Source: a virus (lineage: Duplodnaviria > Caudoviricetes). Taken from it: a stretch of DNA of 64,000 nt. The translations under genes and the position numbers were made by a program. The notes under the pieces are model-generated. The model had not been told where the DNA came from. It searched no databases and worked only from the letters and a program-made list of their open reading frames with translations. Numbering within the stretch: position 1 is the first letter of the stretch; each line of letters begins with the position of its first letter. The stretch spans positions 2,331 through 66,330 of IMG/VR virus record IMGVR_UViG_3300010338_002626; one strand, 5' to 3'. Below, one piece after another: positions 42,815 through 52,965 of the stretch.

Positions 42815-43570
42815 TTATACTTTAACACTTAATAAACCAGTTGCTTCAAGAGGACTCAATGCTGTTGCTCTTAAAGAAATATTTTCAACTAAAATTGTTT
42901 GTTGTGCAGCTAAGCTTAAACTATGTGCTTGAATAAAACAACCCTCAAGATAAAATCCACCGTAAGCATCACCCGATGTATCATAAAAAGCAAAACCTAA
43001 GCCAATAGGTTTATTAAAATAAGAAGAAGCTAAATTAATAAAGAAATATCCAGGATTAGGAACAGTATGTCCACTTTTAACACTTTCCATAGTTACATCG
43101 ATTGATTCTTCAGTAGATTTTAAATTTGACGAAGGCTCTGTTGGGCTTGCTATAGATGCTCCAGTACCTTTATCAAATGCACCTACTGCCCAGGAATTCA
43201 TTTTAACAGAATCTCCATCAGCTTGCTGTAAATATATTGCATACATAAGTGATGGACCATCAAATAAAATCCTATTTAATGATGCACTGATAAATGTTCG
43301 ACCTGGAATAAAAATAGGAAGTCTTGCACCAATTTCAAATAATTGCTGTATCTGCTTTTGTTGTGAAATTTGCACACCTTGTACAAATCCAACTGGAACT
43401 AAAGAAGTATAATCCGTTACATTTTTTAAATATGGTGGGCCGGAAAAAATTATTGCACTATCAGAAGACAAAAAATTATTCCCATCTGAATAATATTCCT
43501 GAGCTTGCACGTTTTCCGATAGAAAATTTTCCCTCCAATCGTTTAAATTTTTATATGATGTACTTGCCAT
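42815..43570 (-). CDS. Tail tube protein
   Basis: Directly after the sheath; PVGFVQGVQISQQKQIQQLFEIG...FIPGR...LNRILFDG; AGGAG SD. Confidence 0.8.
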   Translation of the reverse strand: MASTSYKNLNDWRENFLSENVQAQEYYSDGNNFLSSDSAIIFSGPPYLKNVTDYTSLVPVGFVQGVQISQQKQIQQLFEIGARLPIFIPGRTFISASLNRILFDGPSLMYAIYLQQADGDSVKMNSWAVGAFDKGTGASIASPTEPSSNLKSTEESIDVTMESVKSGHTVPNPGYFFINLASSYFNKPIGLGFAFYDTSGDAYGGFYLEGCFIQAHSLSLAAQQTILVENISLRATALSPLEATGLLSVKV

Positions 43571-43581
43571 TTTCTATCTCC

Positions 43582-45213
43582 TTAAAATAATAATGTAATC
43601 TTGATATAATTAACGGGATATGCAGGTAAAATGTTTATTTCGATCAAAATTGTATCTGGATTAATATCATCTTGTTTTATGGATAGTACACTCATATCAT
43701 TTATAACACCATTAGTTACAAGTACTCTTTTAATACCCGTTAAAATCGAATTTATTAATTTAATGAAATTTGCATTTATATTATATTTTCCAATATATGG
43801 GGATAATGTCTCCCTTATAAATTTAGCAGTATAATCTAAAGCTTTAGTTATACTCAATTCTTGTTTTGCTATAGAAGTAATATCCGTACTCAACTGATGT
43901 CGAATATATATTGGATTTGAATAAGAATTTTGTGTCATTATTAATGTACCACCCGAAGCCATAGTATTTAAATTTGTTTCAGTAAACAAATCCCAAGAAC
44001 CGATAGTTCTTGATAATCCTACCACAGTTGAATTAGTTAGAGGCTGTGATGGATGTGTACCTATAATTAATCCCGCCAATTGTGCACAATAGTAAAATCC
44101 TGGTACCGGGGCCAATACTGTAACTTTACCATCAGATCCGCCCCAACCACCAGCTATTAATTCATTTAATACCTGATCTGTTAAATCAGTACCAGCTTTA
44201 TATTTCTTACCTGTAGATGGAATAACTAAATCACTTATTAATTTAGCATATATACCGAGTGAAATAAAATCTTTATCCATAAATGGATCAAAAGAATTAT
44301 TAATCCAAGATTGATATATAGTACTAACGTGTCTTGTTTCAACTGTATAGGCTAAATCAGGATGTATAGAAAATAATCTCTTTGACCCATATGCTGAATT
44401 TGTATCACGTATACTTGTAGCAATATTTGCTCTTTCTGTTGCATCTAAATTATATATTATATCTCCATAAGAAACTTCTTTATTTACTAATGCGATTCTT
44501 TCTTTTTTTACAGTAGGACTAGACATATTATTGCAATGTATTACTAACGAAGAGGGGTCGATCTTATGTGTCATCGGAGCAATAACATATACATCATGAG
44601 TCGCTAAATCATTATTTATAGCATCTATACATTGAGTTTCAGTAATACCACTAGCTGACAATGATAAAATATTAATAGTATTATTAGAATTCATCATTGC
44701 CAATGTAGCTCCATAAGCTAATGGATTCCATGAAACCGATGGTCCTAAAATTAATTCAATATCAGAAGCCGATTCTATAACATTGAATTTATTTAAAACG
44801 GGTTTTTTTGCTCTAAAGCCAACTTTGACTAAGTAAGTTCCAGTTGCTACTGTTGTAGAAGTTATATTCGCATTAATTGTAACAGTATTATTATTTACTG
44901 TAAAATCAGTCCCATTCACCAAATGATAACTATTACCTGTACCTGCTCCAGATACACCAAATAAATCTATTATAACTAAATCCTCATCTCCAGTTACATC
45001 GTAATAATTTGCATTAATTCCAGATAAAGCTAATGTATATTGAGTACCTGTTGTATATTTTGTACTAGCTATTGAACTTTCACTAGATATATCTTGCCAG
45101 TAAAATGCATGCCCAACAATACAAGCTTCTAATTCTGGAGTTGCTAAAATAGGTGTTTGAGAGTTTTGTATTTGAGTTATCTCTACACCAGGCTTGGTAT
45201 AAACTCTCGCCAT
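43582..45213 (-). CDS. Contractile tail sheath protein
   Basis: N-terminal YTKPGVEI, C-terminal PDTILIEINILPAYPVNYIKITL. Confidence 0.88.
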   Translation of the reverse strand: MARVYTKPGVEITQIQNSQTPILATPELEACIVGHAFYWQDISSESSIASTKYTTGTQYTLALSGINANYYDVTGDEDLVIIDLFGVSGAGTGNSYHLVNGTDFTVNNNTVTINANITSTTVATGTYLVKVGFRAKKPVLNKFNVIESASDIELILGPSVSWNPLAYGATLAMMNSNNTINILSLSASGITETQCIDAINNDLATHDVYVIAPMTHKIDPSSLVIHCNNMSSPTVKKERIALVNKEVSYGDIIYNLDATERANIATSIRDTNSAYGSKRLFSIHPDLAYTVETRHVSTIYQSWINNSFDPFMDKDFISLGIYAKLISDLVIPSTGKKYKAGTDLTDQVLNELIAGGWGGSDGKVTVLAPVPGFYYCAQLAGLIIGTHPSQPLTNSTVVGLSRTIGSWDLFTETNLNTMASGGTLIMTQNSYSNPIYIRHQLSTDITSIAKQELSITKALDYTAKFIRETLSPYIGKYNINANFIKLINSILTGIKRVLVTNGVINDMSVLSIKQDDINPDTILIEINILPAYPVNYIKITLLF

Positions 45214-46083
45214 TTAAATACCCTCCAAATTTTTATTTGTATTTTTATTAAATAATCCTTTGATCATATTATAACCTAATTTTGCTTCAGTATATGGTCT
45301 AGCAAATTGCCATGTTGCATAATCGGTTATACCTTCTTTTACTCTATTATCTCCTCCGAATAATAAAGACTGTGCACCAAATGCGGCAGGAGTTATTGAA
45401 GCCCCTAATACTTGCATCGGTAATCGTTTTTTTACAATATAATTTATTACTTCTTTATTATCAGGTGATAATTGCATTCCTGCAATCGGTCTATCTTTAA
45501 GAAAACTTGCTTTACTCCGTAAATATAATTTACCATCTGGGGCTCTATAAATATCATTTACAGGATTAATCATTCTAGTACCTTTTCCAGGTATTACTTT
45601 AAATCTTTCTGTTCGTATTTGATCTTTTGTTAAATCAAAAAAGTTTTTTATACCTTGTATTACATTTTCTGAAAAAGACTTTCCAGCTCCAATGCCTTCT
45701 CTTAATCTTCTTGCACTATATACTGCATTCCCAATGCCTCGGGCTAACCACCCTGAATTAGCTGGAACTGCTATTTCTTCTAATGCTACAGAACCATTAC
45801 CTAATGATTTAATCATTGGAGTTCTATATTGAACTAGATAATCTGCTAATGATTTCCTCGCTAGTTGTCCAGCTGTACCACCTGCTTTTAAAGCTCCCTC
45901 AGCACCTTCTAAAAAAGATAAAAATTTACCACTAGTACCTAAATTCTTTATAGCTTGTGCTACAGGCTTTATAAATTTTATTAAATTAGCAAGAACTCCT
46001 ACTTGAGCATTTTTTTCTAATATATTTTCTATTTCATGTGCAAAAGCCGTTTTAATTATATAATCAATATCTTTATTATTCAT
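45214..46083 (-). CDS. Basic virion-associated protein with K-x-A motifs
   Basis: IIKTAFAHEIENILEKNAQ N-terminus resembles the head-module motif; Gly/Ala-rich amphipathic segments. Confidence 0.55.
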   Translation of the reverse strand: MNNKDIDYIIKTAFAHEIENILEKNAQVGVLANLIKFIKPVAQAIKNLGTSGKFLSFLEGAEGALKAGGTAGQLARKSLADYLVQYRTPMIKSLGNGSVALEEIAVPANSGWLARGIGNAVYSARRLREGIGAGKSFSENVIQGIKNFFDLTKDQIRTERFKVIPGKGTRMINPVNDIYRAPDGKLYLRSKASFLKDRPIAGMQLSPDNKEVINYIVKKRLPMQVLGASITPAAFGAQSLLFGGDNRVKEGITDYATWQFARPYTEAKLGYNMIKGLFNKNTNKNLEGI

Positions 46084-46087
46084 ATTT

Positions 46088-46921
46088 TTATCCTTCTATA
46101 GTAATTTCATTTTGAATATTTTCACCAATTTTGTAATATCCTTTAACTACACCGCCACTGATACTGTATATATATGGATCATCGGTTGGTATTGGATTTT
46201 TATCTATAACATTATTTAATGTTATTGCATCTATATAATGTATACTAAATGTCGATTCTGGTAATTTTAAAAATTGTATTTGGGTTCCACCATTTATAAC
46301 TTTAAAATCTATATTTTCTAAATATTCTATTTCATCACCAATTATTTGAATATTATTTTCTTTTGTTTCCTTAATAACTGTATGCTGAATAAAACAATCT
46401 AAACTTAATGGTATTAGAAATAATTCAGGTTCAGATGAAGCTTTAATTAATTGTTCTGCACCTATACTTAATCCATTTATTTGATGAATACCTGCCTCTT
46501 TTAGTTTTGTTTTATATCCAATTATTGCAGTATTTAACATATCAGCTATATTTTCGGCTTGTATACCATTTTTTGAAATTATATTATATGTAATACTAAC
46601 CCTTAGTAAATCAGTAAAAATTTCATTTGAAAATACTCCAGAATTTGGACTATTTGCCGCTAAATTTTGTATACCATATTTATTAATTAATACTGAATTC
46701 TTCCCATATTGTCCACGAACTATAAATGACCAATTTATACCATTTCTAGATAAAATGATACAAGGTTTCTTCGCTGCAACGCCTAAATCAACTGCCATTT
46801 TGTCAGCAATTATTATAGCAGTATCTTGTACCGAATACCGCCAAGGAAAAATCCTACTTTGTTCAAAATAAGCTTGAGCAAAACTTAAAAAAATGTATTT
46901 TATTGAATTAGATATCCCCAA
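46088..46921 (-). CDS. Putative tail terminator / completion protein
   Basis: Position shortly upstream of the sheath; KKPCIILSRNG pattern; TTG start forced by an in-frame TAG two codons upstream. Confidence 0.45.
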   Translation of the reverse strand: MGISNSIKYIFLSFAQAYFEQSRIFPWRYSVQDTAIIIADKMAVDLGVAAKKPCIILSRNGINWSFIVRGQYGKNSVLINKYGIQNLAANSPNSGVFSNEIFTDLLRVSITYNIISKNGIQAENIADMLNTAIIGYKTKLKEAGIHQINGLSIGAEQLIKASSEPELFLIPLSLDCFIQHTVIKETKENNIQIIGDEIEYLENIDFKVINGGTQIQFLKLPESTFSIHYIDAITLNNVIDKNPIPTDDPYIYSISGGVVKGYYKIGENIQNEITIEG

Positions 46922-47096
46922 AATCTACAATCCCAAATAAATAATCTTTTAATTCAAATTCTTTTACTTCATCAAATTGAATTATTTCATTTTTTGTACT
47001 ATGTATTTCTAATATACTATTTTTCATTTCATCCATTATTTGTCGCATAATATTTACAATATCGACAACAGTTTGTTGTTTTGGAATTATTTGCAT
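46908..47096 (-). CDS. Small hypothetical protein (62 aa)
   Basis: Co-oriented and coupled to neighbours. Confidence 0.45.
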   Translation of the reverse strand: MQIIPKQQTVVDIVNIMRQIMDEMKNSILEIHSTKNEIIQFDEVKEFELKDYLFGIVDFGDI

Positions 47097-47098
47097 AA

Positions 47099-47353
47099 TT
47101 AAAATTTATAATTTTCTTTTGTTACTTTTAAATTATTTGCCTTTAATCCCAACTGAATTCCCCTATAACCTAGTAATGTCGCTAAGGGTAAACCCACATA
47201 TTGTGCTAATAAATAAGCAACAGTATGTGGGCTTGTTAAAGCTATTATAGCACCCGAGGTTAAGCCTATAACATAACCCCAAATTTCTTTTCGTTTATAC
47301 CAAGTTTTAGGTTTAGATTCTTTTTCTTCTTTTTCTTCTTTTTCTTCTATCAT
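47099..47353 (-). CDS. Putative holin
   Basis: Charged N-terminus, KTWYKRKEIWG then two hydrophobic helices; near the amidase. Confidence 0.55.
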   Translation of the reverse strand: MIEEKEEKEEKESKPKTWYKRKEIWGYVIGLTSGAIIALTSPHTVAYLLAQYVGLPLATLLGYRGIQLGLKANNLKVTKENYKF

Positions 47354-47688
47354 TGTTTATTGACAAAATTATCAAATATATAATTCTTTAAATTAATAAC
47401 TAATTCAATTCCTTCAATAACAGCTTTTTTCTGTATACCTGCATCTTTCAAATTAGCAATAATTAAATCTTTTTCTTCTTCAGTTATTGAATCTAAAAAT
47501 TCAGCTGGAATCTTAGTAACACAGTTAATAAAAGGCACAATATTCATTAATGGTTTAATAAAATTATTAATATCACCTATAGTAATTTTATTATCATCTT
47601 TTAATGATGTTTTAACTGCTTCACTTAAAGAAGCTAAAAATTTAATTGCCTGAATAATATTATCGACACCTAGTTTATTTTCTACCAT
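47350..47688 (-). CDS. Hypothetical helical protein (112 aa)
   Basis: GGAGGT SD; first gene after the promoter at 47726..47764. Confidence 0.6.
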   Translation of the reverse strand: MVENKLGVDNIIQAIKFLASLSEAVKTSLKDDNKITIGDINNFIKPLMNIVPFINCVTKIPAEFLDSITEEEKDLIIANLKDAGIQKKAVIEGIELVINLKNYIFDNFVNKQ

Positions 47689-47725
47689 ATAAAAACCTCC
47701 AAATTTTAATAAAATTTAATAAATT

Positions 47726-47764
47726 ATTATAGTTTAATATATTTATTTTATACATAAAAGTCAA
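47726..47764 (-). promoter_or_regulatory. Promoter TTGACT-N17-TATATT-N4-TATAAT
   Basis: Read directly from the sequence. Confidence 0.72.
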
Positions 47765-47765
47765 A

Positions 47766-48560
47766 TTAAATAATTTTTCCATTAAAAACTAATCCATTTA
47801 ATTCTCCATTTAATTCTTCTAATGCACGCATACTATCATTAGTAACTCCGAATTTAAGTAACGCAGATATTGATAATAAAACTTCATATGTAGTTTGTTC
47901 ATATGATTTTGAATGTCTATATAACGATATAGTATCAATTTCGTTTAATAACACTTCTAATCTGCCAGAATGCCATTCTTTGTATTTTTCAATAACTATA
48001 TCTGGAATATTTAATTCTTTCCATCTTTTTTCATAATCATTTATTGCCCGTATAACCATCATTCTAGCTTTATTACGAAAATCCCCTGTTGATGTAAAAT
48101 TCTTCTCTTCATTTATAAATTTTCTAATATTATTTTCATATGCTAAACATTGTTCTGCAACCATTGTTCTAAATATCTCTGTTCTACCCTCTGAATCAAA
48201 ATTAATATTTTTTATATCACGGGCAAGAATTTCCTGTATTACACTAAATATAGGATGTGAACATAATAATGTTTCATTAATAGAATTTTCAGTTTGCTTA
48301 GTTTTTCGATCGTATAAAAACCATTTAATTATTAAATATCCTATACCGCCACTTCCTAATAATGTAACTAATAAAGTTTCGATATGAAATGTATTATTTG
48401 TTTCATGCTCTTTATTTTGTATTATCGGTGTATGTAAAGTATCGCTATGACATATATGTATAACTTCTTTATTATTTAATGGAGTAATATTACGTGCCAC
48501 TATCCATGTTATACAAATTAATACTATTATAGCTATTATATGATTAATCTTCAATTTCAT
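47766..48560 (-). CDS. Membrane protein with two hydrophobic segments (lysis-associated?)
   Basis: IIAIIVLICITWIVA and LLVTLLGSGGIGYLIIKWF segments; directly after the amidase. Confidence 0.55.
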   Translation of the reverse strand: MKLKINHIIAIIVLICITWIVARNITPLNNKEVIHICHSDTLHTPIIQNKEHETNNTFHIETLLVTLLGSGGIGYLIIKWFLYDRKTKQTENSINETLLCSHPIFSVIQEILARDIKNINFDSEGRTEIFRTMVAEQCLAYENNIRKFINEEKNFTSTGDFRNKARMMVIRAINDYEKRWKELNIPDIVIEKYKEWHSGRLEVLLNEIDTISLYRHSKSYEQTTYEVLLSISALLKFGVTNDSMRALEELNGELNGLVFNGKII

Positions 48561-48587
48561 GTAAAAATTTTCCTCTTATTCAATTTA

Positions 48588-49193
48588 TTACATATTTAAA
48601 TATTTAATAAATTTATCAACTGGCCATGCCACACTAATATCAGTTTTATCTGCACGCAAATTATGATGTGACATAATACCTGTTTGTTTAAAATAATTTT
48701 TATCAAATGTAAAACTGACAATAAAAGTTTTCGGAATATTAAATTTTTCACATAAAAATTTACATAATTCTGCTGTTGCTTTTACTTGTTCATCAGTATA
48801 TGTTGCCCAATAATCATAATTACGCCATTTTTTTGGATAAACTTCCCCATAATATTTAACTTTTCCATCAAACCAATAATAAGCATTATCTTTTCTTATT
48901 AATGGGCCTTCATTTATAATTTCTATACCAATTGATGTTTTGTTATCATTTTTAGTTGCATTACCGCCTATATGATATGACCAATATTCATCATTAAATA
49001 CTTGATAAATTTTTCCATTTTTTTCTATAATATATGGAACAGAAACTCGATCTTTTGTTTTATTCCACCAATCAATTACTGATTTAGCAGTACCACTACT
49101 AACAGTATGATGTAAAATAATTTTATCCTTTTCTGATTTTTCCTTAAAAAATTCAGATTCACTTAATATAGATTGTAAATTAATTATTTCCAT
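48588..49193 (-). CDS. N-acetylmuramoyl-L-alanine amidase (Amidase_2 endolysin)
   Basis: IILHHT, SVPYIIEKNG, WSYHIG, SIGIEI, QVKATAELC, MSHH. Start moved to ATG 49193 (GAGGT SD). Confidence 0.9.
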   Translation of the reverse strand: MEIINLQSILSESEFFKEKSEKDKIILHHTVSSGTAKSVIDWWNKTKDRVSVPYIIEKNGKIYQVFNDEYWSYHIGGNATKNDNKTSIGIEIINEGPLIRKDNAYYWFDGKVKYYGEVYPKKWRNYDYWATYTDEQVKATAELCKFLCEKFNIPKTFIVSFTFDKNYFKQTGIMSHHNLRADKTDISVAWPVDKFIKYLNM

Positions 49194-49201
49194 ATTTAAC
49201 C

Positions 49202-49987
49202 TCATTTATTTAATAATTTATATAAATTATCATCAAAAGAAATTAACGATAATTGGACTATTTGTTCTATTGTAATACCGAATTTTTGTATTAATCGTAT
49301 TTGATTTACCAGCCAAAGACGCCCGTTATCATCCTGTACTATATCACGAGTTGTTAATAATGGAAAATGTAATGTATATAGCATAATATCACTAGGTTTC
49401 CATTCACCAAACATTTGGATTTGATTATATTGAGGTGCGGCATTTATCATACCTAAAAATATGATAGGATTATAATAACCATTTACCCAACCTGTACCAT
49501 AACAAATTGGGCAATTTGGATCTGTTGTCCTCATTAAAATAGAATCCCAGCAGCGTGTACAATGCTCCCCCCATGTTCTTCTTTTTCTTAATTTAAAAGT
49601 ACGACCGACAAAAGTATTCATTGAAATAGATTTTCGTCTAATAATTTCAGATACAATTTTATCTTGTCGAGTTATATTAGTATAAGCAGGGATTTCGGGC
49701 TGAATAGAAAAAGAATTAGATACATTATCGTGTATCTCTAATTTATAGTACCAATTTCGCCCATATTGCATTAAATTATATAATGACACATCGATATATG
49801 AATTTGAATTTCCAGATATACCTGATGCAATTAATACATAATCATTTATATTAGTCGACGGAGCTTCACTTCTATATATAGAAATATCATAATTATTTAA
49901 ATTTTCAACCGTCGGAGCATAGTCCCAATTTAAAATGGGACCGTTAGGGTTATATGTTATAACGTTAAAAGATTGTAAAGTTAACAT
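49202..49987 (-). CDS. Neck / head-closure protein
   Basis: N-terminal FN3-like domain then CTRCWD...CPICYGTGW zinc motif; follows the head-tail adaptor. Confidence 0.55.
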   Translation of the reverse strand: MLTLQSFNVITYNPNGPILNWDYAPTVENLNNYDISIYRSEAPSTNINDYVLIASGISGNSNSYIDVSLYNLMQYGRNWYYKLEIHDNVSNSFSIQPEIPAYTNITRQDKIVSEIIRRKSISMNTFVGRTFKLRKRRTWGEHCTRCWDSILMRTTDPNCPICYGTGWVNGYYNPIIFLGMINAAPQYNQIQMFGEWKPSDIMLYTLHFPLLTTRDIVQDDNGRLWLVNQIRLIQKFGITIEQIVQLSLISFDDNLYKLLNK

Positions 49988-49989
49988 AA

Positions 49990-50481
49990 TTAATACGGAC
50001 CTAAATTAGTTGAATAGTCTGAATGCAAACCTCCCCAACAACTATTTAAATTGATATCTAATTTAAAATTACCAACAGAACGCATATATTTATTTAATAA
50101 TAAATTATAATAATTAATATAACGCCCATATTTATCATAATTTTGAACTGTAACCCCACCAGCATCATTATATGTTAGCGTATTGCGAGCTGATAAGATA
50201 CCTTTCATAGTTAAAATTTGTAAAGTCGCACCTATTTTTAATATATTCCAGGGAATATCACTGAAATTTGTAAAATTAGTTCTTATTCCAATTTCATTAT
50301 TAATCTCATCTAATGCATCTTGTAATGCATTATATAATTCTAAATCAGTACTTTCTATTACTTGCTCTAATATATTTAATTCTGCAGTATCCTGTAAAAA
50401 TTTTCGTAATCTATCAACATAAACTTGATCATTTTCTGGAACTGCATCTATACCTAATTGCTCAGGGGTTAAAGTTGGCAT
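49990..50481 (-). CDS. Head-tail adaptor (neck 1)-like protein
   Basis: First gene after the MCP; helical N-terminus, ARNTLTYNDAGGVTV segment; AGGAGG SD. Confidence 0.55.
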   Translation of the reverse strand: MPTLTPEQLGIDAVPENDQVYVDRLRKFLQDTAELNILEQVIESTDLELYNALQDALDEINNEIGIRTNFTNFSDIPWNILKIGATLQILTMKGILSARNTLTYNDAGGVTVQNYDKYGRYINYYNLLLNKYMRSVGNFKLDINLNSCWGGLHSDYSTNLGPY

Positions 50482-50503
50482 AAAATCCTCCTAATACAAA
50501 CAA

Positions 50504-50542
50504 TTTATAATTAAATATAATCAATATTTATATATCAGTCAA
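50504..50542 (-). promoter_or_regulatory. Promoter TTGACT-N17-TATATT-N4-TATAAA
   Basis: Read directly; sits immediately after the capsid terminator. Confidence 0.72.
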
Positions 50543-50544
50543 AT

Positions 50545-50577
50545 AATAAAAAAGACCGACAGAATCCTGTCGGTCTT
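50545..50577 (-). terminator. Intrinsic terminator after the major capsid gene
   Basis: Perfect 11-bp stem AAGACCGACAG / CTGTCGGTCTT, 4-nt loop, T-tract on the minus strand. Confidence 0.88.
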
Positions 50578-50601
50578 AGAAGAAATTTTGATAGGTATTT
50601 A

Positions 50602-51528
50602 TTATGATAGGACTAATTTTGCTACAGATTTGGTATTTCCAATACCCATACCAATTAGTTCGTAGGCAGAGAATGTAATTATATCTTTCTTTTTCTCTAT
50701 CCAGAATTTAACATCACCTAATACAAGGAATTGACCGAAGTATTCCTGTGCGGTAAAGGCGTAAATCTTATTCTTTAATAGAGAAACTTTATTTGATACA
50801 ACTACTTTCTTACCCATTAATGTAGCATAGGTATATCCATTTACCATAACTTCTGATACTACTGCATCACCGGCAGATGTTGCAGGATACAATGCTAATC
50901 TGTTAAACATTGTTGTATCCATTAACAACATTTCGCATTTTAGTTCATTACCATCCAATATATCGAATAATCTCTTGAGATCACTTCTCTTAATCATACC
51001 CTCTGATCCAGTAACAGATGTATCATATGTTCCTGAGATCAATGTAGTATGGCCATTAGAAGTCTCAATATCGATAGCGGCATCGCAATGACTTAAGAAT
51101 GCTGTATCTTCGATCTTCTGAATATCTAATACAGAATTTCTTTCGATAATTTCTGTAAATGGCATTTCATATGCTAACAATTCAGTTTCTGTTTTCTGGA
51201 AAGTTTCAGACTCGACTTTGAAGAATGGAATCTCGAATCTTTCCCCGACTAGGTAATTTGTGGTTGGATTACCACGGAAGTTAACAACCATAGCCTTTGA
51301 ATCTGGTTCGATATCGACTATCTTTACTAAACCATCATGATTTACTGATCTCTGTAAATCTTTTGATGTTACATATTGTGGTTGTACTATCTGTCTTGCA
51401 AATGACTGCTCTCTTAATTTTGTTCTAATAAAAATAGAACCTTCAGCCATTATTTTTGCAGCACCCTCGGGGGTATTAAGTTTATTTAAAAATAACTGAT
51501 TGACCGCTGATAAATTTTCATCTTGCAT
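50602..51528 (-). CDS. Major capsid protein (HK97-fold, 308 aa)
   Basis: IRTKLREQSFARQIV, DIQKIEDTAFL, C-terminal beta pattern YELIGMGIGN; visibly distinct high-expression codon use, strong SD, own terminator. Confidence 0.8.
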   Translation of the reverse strand: MQDENLSAVNQLFLNKLNTPEGAAKIMAEGSIFIRTKLREQSFARQIVQPQYVTSKDLQRSVNHDGLVKIVDIEPDSKAMVVNFRGNPTTNYLVGERFEIPFFKVESETFQKTETELLAYEMPFTEIIERNSVLDIQKIEDTAFLSHCDAAIDIETSNGHTTLISGTYDTSVTGSEGMIKRSDLKRLFDILDGNELKCEMLLMDTTMFNRLALYPATSAGDAVVSEVMVNGYTYATLMGKKVVVSNKVSLLKNKIYAFTAQEYFGQFLVLGDVKFWIEKKKDIITFSAYELIGMGIGNTKSVAKLVLS

Positions 51529-51542
51529 ATTCCTACCCCCCT

Positions 51543-51989
51543 TTAAATAGTTACAAATTCAATACAATTTTGATAAGGTGTACTTAAATATTTGCATGTG
51601 TGTTTCGCTTTAGTACAAATTGCAACAACAACTTTATTTCCTGTGGAAGTAGTTGTTAACTTACCATTTGCACTAACATACAAAGGAGTTCCAGGTATTG
51701 GATTATCGCCCGATTCAATCTGATCTGTTACCGCCCTATATTTTCCATATAGATAAGTCAGATTTCCAGTTGCAGCGATGTCAGGTGACCAACCAGGTGA
51801 ACCATCTCTATTTGATTCAGACCAAATAGCTACTGCAAAATTTCCAGCAGTAGGTTTTGTTAAACCATCACCAGATTCTGTATTTGCAATTTCGACAAAT
51901 GTACCAGTAACACCAGAAGCTAGTGTCCAAGCATCTGCCTTTGCATCGAATCTGTGAATGAGGTTTATATCGCTTTTTAGTATAAGCAT
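51543..51989 (-). CDS. Head decoration / cement-like protein
   Basis: Immediately upstream of the MCP; PGTPLYVSANGKLTT beta pattern; GGAGG SD. Confidence 0.55.
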   Translation of the reverse strand: MLILKSDINLIHRFDAKADAWTLASGVTGTFVEIANTESGDGLTKPTAGNFAVAIWSESNRDGSPGWSPDIAATGNLTYLYGKYRAVTDQIESGDNPIPGTPLYVSANGKLTTTSTGNKVVVAICTKAKHTCKYLSTPYQNCIEFVTI

Positions 51990-51990
51990 T

Positions 51991-52326
51991 TTATTCCTCC
52001 GAATTTATTAAAGTATTTATAAATCTTTCTTCTGCGTTGATCGGGATACCTATAGCGTCCTGATCAGCATCTAATTTAAATGGACTTAATCGTACTTTTG
52101 ATAATAACATTGCCTGTTTCATAATTTCCATTTCCTGTTGCGACTTATTTTTGATTTCATTTAATTTGTCTTCTAGATCTTCAGCTGCTACAGCCCCAGA
52201 TTTATATAAATCAAAAACTAATTTTTCCGAATTCTCAATATGAGAAATTCGATTTTTTAATTCTTCATTTTCTATCTGTAATTGTCGAATAACTGTAGCA
52301 GCAATTTTATTTAGATCTTCAGACAT
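51991..52326 (-). CDS. Scaffold-like coiled-coil protein
   Basis: LNKIAATVIRQLQIENEELK coiled coil; C-terminal AEERFINTL. Confidence 0.5.
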   Translation of the reverse strand: MSEDLNKIAATVIRQLQIENEELKNRISHIENSEKLVFDLYKSGAVAAEDLEDKLNEIKNKSQQEMEIMKQAMLLSKVRLSPFKLDADQDAIGIPINAEERFINTLINSEE

Positions 52327-52331
52327 AATTA

Positions 52332-52640
52332 TTAATATCCGTATCTTTTCAATGTTTCAATGAATTCTTCAGCCATAATCTGGCCAGCCTGTCTCAATTC
52401 AGCAACTTTTTCGGTTTCTTCTACAACTGCAGCATCATTTTCGATCATCATTTCAGCTAATTTAACAACATCATTTTCATCATAATCATTACCAAATTCT
52501 TGATAAAGTAGATCATCAGCCAACTCTGCATATTTTGTAATTATTTCTTCTGTTGGATCAGCTTGTCTTTGCTGTTCGTTATATTCGGCTGTTTTTTCCA
52601 TTGCCTTCATTGCTTCATATACTGATAATAGATTTGCCAT
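52332..52640 (-). CDS. Acidic head-assembly protein with K-x-A repeats
   Basis: KTAE, KYAE, KLAE, KVAELRQAGQIMAEEFIETL; AAGGAG SD. Confidence 0.55.
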   Translation of the reverse strand: MANLLSVYEAMKAMEKTAEYNEQQRQADPTEEIITKYAELADDLLYQEFGNDYDENDVVKLAEMMIENDAAVVEETEKVAELRQAGQIMAEEFIETLKRYGY

Positions 52641-52680
52641 AAATATTTCTCCTTAATAATTGTTATATAATTTGTTTTAA

Positions 52681-52965
52681 TTATCCATTATAAGAATTAT
52701 TCTCTAATTCTTGTGCAATCTTCATTAGTTCGTCCATAAATGCGCGAGCTAGAATTTTACCTTGTTCAACAAATTCAGCTACTTTCTGTATATCTTCTTC
52801 GGTTATTTCTTCATTAAACGGTTGTTCATTAGCAGTACCTTTTTCTTCTGGTACAGATGTATTATTATCATCCATACTTGCAATTTTTTCTGTAAAAACT
52901 TCTTCGGCAGATTTTTTGCCCTCTAATTGTGCAAGTATCTCATCAATTGAATATGACGTTTTCAT
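52681..52965 (-). CDS. Acidic head-assembly protein with K-x-A repeats
   Basis: KSAE, KIAS, KVAEFVEQGKILARAFMDELMKIAQ; GGAGG SD. Confidence 0.55.
   Translation of the reverse strand: MKTSYSIDEILAQLEGKKSAEEVFTEKIASMDDNNTSVPEEKGTANEQPFNEEITEEDIQKVAEFVEQGKILARAFMDELMKIAQELENNSYNG

Noticed and set aside
1-45213. Extracellular contractile injection system or tailocin
   Set aside because: Sheath, tube and baseplate co-occur with capsid, protease, terminase and DNA polymerase, so this is a phage.
8181-47352. Short microsatellites (GCAACT x4 at about 8181-8205; GAAGAAAAA x3 at about 47320-47350)
   Set aside because: In-frame repeats encoding TATATATA and EEKEEKEEKE linkers; no sign of phase variation.
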